From Candidatus Ventrousia excrementavium (GTDB taxonomy: Bacteria; Bacillota; Clostridia; Oscillospirales; Butyricicoccaceae), in NCBI GenBank assembly GCA_018714845.1, contig DVMR01000065.1, positions 1 to 24,000 of the forward strand: a DNA stretch of 24,000 nt. Direction: 5' to 3'. Under the pieces are notes generated by a model that worked only from the letters and a program-made list of their open reading frames with translations, did not search any database and was not told the DNA's origin. The position numbers were made by a program, and so were the translations under genes. Positions 23,565 to 24,000 of this stretch are shown here, one piece after another. Within the stretch, counting starts at the first letter, position 1. Each line of letters starts with the position of its first letter.

Positions 23565-24000
23565 TCAAAACATCTTGATGCGGTTAAGATCTTCCTCGGG
23601 CTCGGCCTCGTCGCCGACCAGGCCGACGAGCAGATAGCGGTTGGTTTCCTGGTCGAAAAAGAGCTTGTGCACCAGACGGAAGTTTTTGACCATGCCGGTG
23701 CTGGGTACATGGGTGCGCGGGCCGGTGCAGGGGTGCAGGACATCGCCGATGCGGACGTGATTTTCGTCTACATAGGAGACGGGCAGGTCGAGCTCGATGT
23801 CGCGCCGGACCTTTTGTTCGATGTCGTCAAAGTCGAGGTCAGGCGCCTCATCTTGGAAGGTCAGGACAAAGCCGTTGTTGACGTCGTCGTGCTGAAAGCG
23901 CCCGAGCTCCCAGTGAGGCAGATAGCGTTCACACAGGTCTTCGGCCGTGTGGGCCATCTGGCGGATGCGCAGCGACCGCGACACAATATCGTAAATGTCC
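23565..24000 (-). CDS. Hypothetical protein, C-terminal part (reading frame stays open to the right window edge); remote resemblance to AlaX / tRNA-synthetase SAD editing-domain proteins
   Basis: The track ORF starts at GTG 23984, but the frame continues without a stop to 24000 (..DIYDIVSRSL..). MAHTAEDL and RIGDVLHPCTGPRTHVPSTGMVKNFRLV resemble the HxxxH and CxxxH-TG blocks of the Thr/Ala-tRNA synthetase second additional domain, but with altered spacing and residues. Confidence 0.5.
   Translation of the reverse strand, partial: DIYDIVSRSLRIRQMAHTAEDLCERYLPHWELGRFQHDDVNNGFVLTFQDEAPDLDFDDIEQKVRRDIELDLPVSYVDENHVRIGDVLHPCTGPRTHVPSTGMVKNFRLVHKLFFDQETNRYLLVGLVGDEAEPEEDLNRIKMF

Noticed and set aside
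20723-23568. 457-aa and 455-aa minus-strand ORFs opposite glmE and mal
   Set aside because: Shadow ORFs opposite two of the best-supported genes in the window.
1-24000. Search for CRISPR arrays, IS/transposase or integrase genes, tRNA/rRNA genes, toxin-antitoxin pairs and known defence-system hallmarks
   Set aside because: I saw no regularly spaced repeats, terminal inverted repeats, recombinase-like ORFs or cloverleaf-capable segments. Every intergenic region is accounted for by promoters, terminators or short leaders.

Overview
This looks like a high-GC chromosome segment from a Gram-positive spore-former. It carries an alpha/beta-type SASP gene and GGAGG-type ribosome-binding sites, and it resembles Clostridia/Oscillospiraceae; the taxon is inference only. 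I support about 27 protein-coding genes, all read by eye from the ORF track and the sequence. I found no rRNA, tRNA, CRISPR array, IS element, integrase or prophage/defence hallmarks.

Gene content, left to right:
- A LysR regulator (cut by the left edge), divergent from a 68-aa ORF and a DUF3810-like HExxH membrane protein.
- A polar amino-acid ABC transporter (binding lipoprotein, permease, ATPase).
- A short alkaline-phosphatase/NPP-superfamily protein.
- A lower-GC gene encoding a PAS-GGDEF-hemerythrin-CheX-like fusion protein.
- A SASP gene.
- A Cys-rich orphan.
- A selenium neighbourhood: DUF3343, YedF, YedE, a class-V desulfurase, SelD and a divergent LysR.
- A rarA / P-loop kinase-like / VanZ operon.
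- A small YtxH-like gene.
- A methylaspartate (glutamate fermentation) block: two-subunit class-I Fe-S fumarase (probable mesaconase), a GntR regulator, and glmS-glmL-glmE-mal.
- A partial convergent gene at the right edge.

Most notable observations:
1. selD is a selenoprotein gene. An in-frame TGA at 12277..12279 gives the motif GG-U-GAK, and a SECIS-like hairpin follows it. The ORF track truncated this gene.
2. The SelD-centred cluster of poorly characterised Se/S-carrier genes looks like a self-contained selenium uptake and delivery module with its own LysR regulator.
3. The four-domain diguanylate cyclase carries a C-terminal CheX-like domain whose catalytic Asn is replaced.

The long ORFs antisense to these genes are high-GC shadow ORFs and were rejected.
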